Part shown: positions 62,033-64,000 of the stretch, piece after piece
Position numbering within the stretch: position 1 is the stretch's first letter
Layout of the letters: the number at the start of each line of letters is the position of its first letter
NCBI GenBank assembly: GCA_038087875.1
Contig: CM075978.1
Location: forward strand, 175,212,001 to 175,276,000
Direction: 5' to 3'
From: Malacoraja senta
Taxonomy: Eukaryota
Length of the DNA stretch: 64,000 bases
Position numbers and translations under genes: made by a program
The notes under the pieces: generated by a model
The model's database searches: none
What the model was told of the DNA's origin: nothing
What the model saw: the letters and a program-made list of their open reading frames with translations, nothing else

Positions 62033-63519
62033 CTGTAAACAATAAAATAATGGTCAGTTGTAATATATTTATAGTGTTAATAATAGGACAGGCTATTATT
62101 TCAAACGCATAATTCTGTCTTTGTTTATATCGAGTTGATGTCGACGGGAATAAACACACATGAACATTGCCCATGAACTCAATTGCTGTTTTTTTCATTT
62201 TTGTCTCATGCTAGTTGTGTGTAAATAACATAATCAAAGAATCATCTAGGTGCAGAAGAACCAAATATTTTCCTGCAACCAATTCTAAACAGTATATAAG
62301 TATGTAGCTTGGATATGTCGCAGAGCATAACAAGTAGTGATTTATAGCTGTGTCGGTACAACAAGTTTGTGGAATGTCCACGAATGGGAAGGGATAAAAA
62401 GTTATATACTCTTCACCTTGTGATTCAACAGTGTGGCTGGAAAAAAATCTCCACCGTCATTGCGTTTTTTGGCGACCCTGGTGTGCTCGAGGCAGAATTA
62501 CAGACGATGCAGTATTCGTGGAATATTGGGAATGTAATTAAGGAAGTTGAATTTTGCTGTGAAATCCGATCCCAAATCGAATAGAGGCTTTTAAATTAAT
62601 TCCAAGAGAGTGGTAGGAAAATCGAAGGTAGATTTCGCTCGCTGCGACTGAACAGTGGAAATACCATTAGTGACAAATGAGGTGCTGTACAACACAGAAA
62701 CACATAATCCTTTGTTTTTTAAATCCAGAGTATCGATGGAAAACCGATTTTTTTGGAACCGTTCATTCTAATGATGTGCATGACCTCGTAGTCTACTTCC
62801 AAAGGCGAATTGACGTCCGCAGTATTCAGGGTGGCACGGCGACTATCGAAAATCCATAGAGAACACAGACGAAAATGCTCCTTTCCTGTAGAATATCAAT
62901 GAGCTACCTGGAGGGGTTAGGCATGGCAGCAGATTCACGCTCTCTCCCTCAAACACAAGAAGCATTCCCTGAATGATTTTATTGATTTGCGGTAACGAAT
63001 CGATTAAATTTGTCAAGAGTCCTATTAACAGAGCTTTAGTGAAAGGACGCGCACATATCAATTTCTGACCTGTCTCGTAATCTTACTTCAAATGCATCAA
63101 ATGACAACTTACATGGGTCAGCTTTTATGTTTGGTTACAAGTTTTGTAAGAACCATAAACTGATTACTGCACAGGATCTTATTCCACCCACGCTTTCCAA
63201 TCCGATAATTGAAGAGCAACATCCTATATCCAGCTTGTTCTCTGTAAAACTCTCTTCGTTGCTTTCCTTCGTATGCCTTCTTGAAAGTTTGTTTATTGAT
63301 TAGTTGACTGGTTTCATTCTATGAGCGACAGCATTAATAACCAACATTTTGATTGAAGCTTTGTCGAATCTTTTTTATTCAAAACTCTTCATTGACGTCA
63401 GCTACTGCAATCATTCCTCAAAATTTCTTGTTACCTCTTTACAAAAGAAGTCTATCCAATATTTAGACAAACGCGAATTAATGTTATAACTTTTATAAGA
63501 AGAAAGTACAAATGCTGGA

Positions 63520-63700
63520 TAAAACCGAATAGACACAAAAAAACGCTAGTAACTCAGCGGAACAGGCAGCATCTCTGGAGGGAAGGAATGGGTGACGTTT
63601 CGGGTCGGGTCTGAAGAAAGGTCTCGACCCGAAACGTCACCCATTCCTTCGCTCCAGAGATGCTGCCTGTCCCGATGAGTTACTCCAGCTTTTTGTGTAT
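63520..63700. repeat. Fold-back pair of Penelope-type terminal repeats
   Basis: Long inverted arms: gtaactcagcggaacaggcagcatctctggag..ggaatgggtgacgtttcgggtcg / cgacccgaaacgtcacccattcc..ctccagagatgctgcctgtcccgatgagttac. Confidence 0.9.
63607..63642 (+). ncRNA. Minimal type I hammerhead ribozyme motif (Penelope-type)
   Basis: gggt-CTGAAGA-A-aggtc.tc.gaccc-GAAA-CGTC-accc; stem I gggt/accc, predicted cleavage after C63638; A.C mismatch at the base of stem II. Confidence 0.7.
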
Positions 63701-64000
63701 ATCTTTAATTTTATAACTTGGTTGTTAGATTTTCTCCATTATGTACAAGTGTTTCCAATGTACAAGCAATGTTCATTATTCGGGCATGAAACAGCGTGTC
63801 CTCAAAATATTTTCAAAAATTCTGGCATTGATTTTCTAAAGCAGTTATTTTCTTAAATTATAACAATGGCAGATCAGGAAACGATGACAAAATGTTCAAA
63901 TGTCTCAGAGAATCAATTAAATTGAAACCATTTGATAGATTCGTTTACGCGTGGGAGGAACCTGCCATCTTTTTGCAAAGTACATTGGAATTCATTGCAA

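Noticed and set aside
1-64000. CRISPR arrays, rRNA or tRNA genes, prokaryotic operons, and the many 60-110-aa antisense ORFs
   Set aside because: No repeat-spacer arrays or RNA genes were seen; tRNA-like segments are SINE heads; the short ORFs are off-frame or antisense translations of LINEs.

Overview
Repeat-dense eukaryotic (vertebrate) DNA, most likely a cartilaginous fish such as a skate or ray, judged from the HE1/V-SINE-type SINEs and the abundant CR1, Rex1/Babar, L1 and Penelope-type repeats. It has three N gaps. Hidden among the repeats, and mostly missed by the ORF track, are two convergent immunoglobulin-superfamily inhibitory receptor genes. Gene A (+, 25923-39866) can be fully reconstructed from seven exons with canonical GT-AG boundaries and compatible phases. 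It encodes 341 aa: leader, V domain with a J-like G strand, one C1 domain, an uncharged TM and a tail with four tyrosine motifs (RTYADL, TTYGQV, LTYATL, TEYAGI) in the order seen in SIRP-alpha. Gene B (-, 62032 to about 56472; ectodomain beyond the window) has an uncharged TM exon, a 44-nt linker exon of the same size and phases as in gene A, and two 111-nt exons that each encode an ITIM-like plus ITSM-like pair. About 505 nt upstream of gene A lies a 5'-truncated Hero-type RLE retrotransposon that carries a full-length L1 flanked by a 16-bp target-site duplication. The window also holds nested CR1 and Rex1/Babar LINEs, V-SINEs and Penelope-type hammerhead ribozyme motifs. All calls are from reading the sequence by eye; no searches were run.
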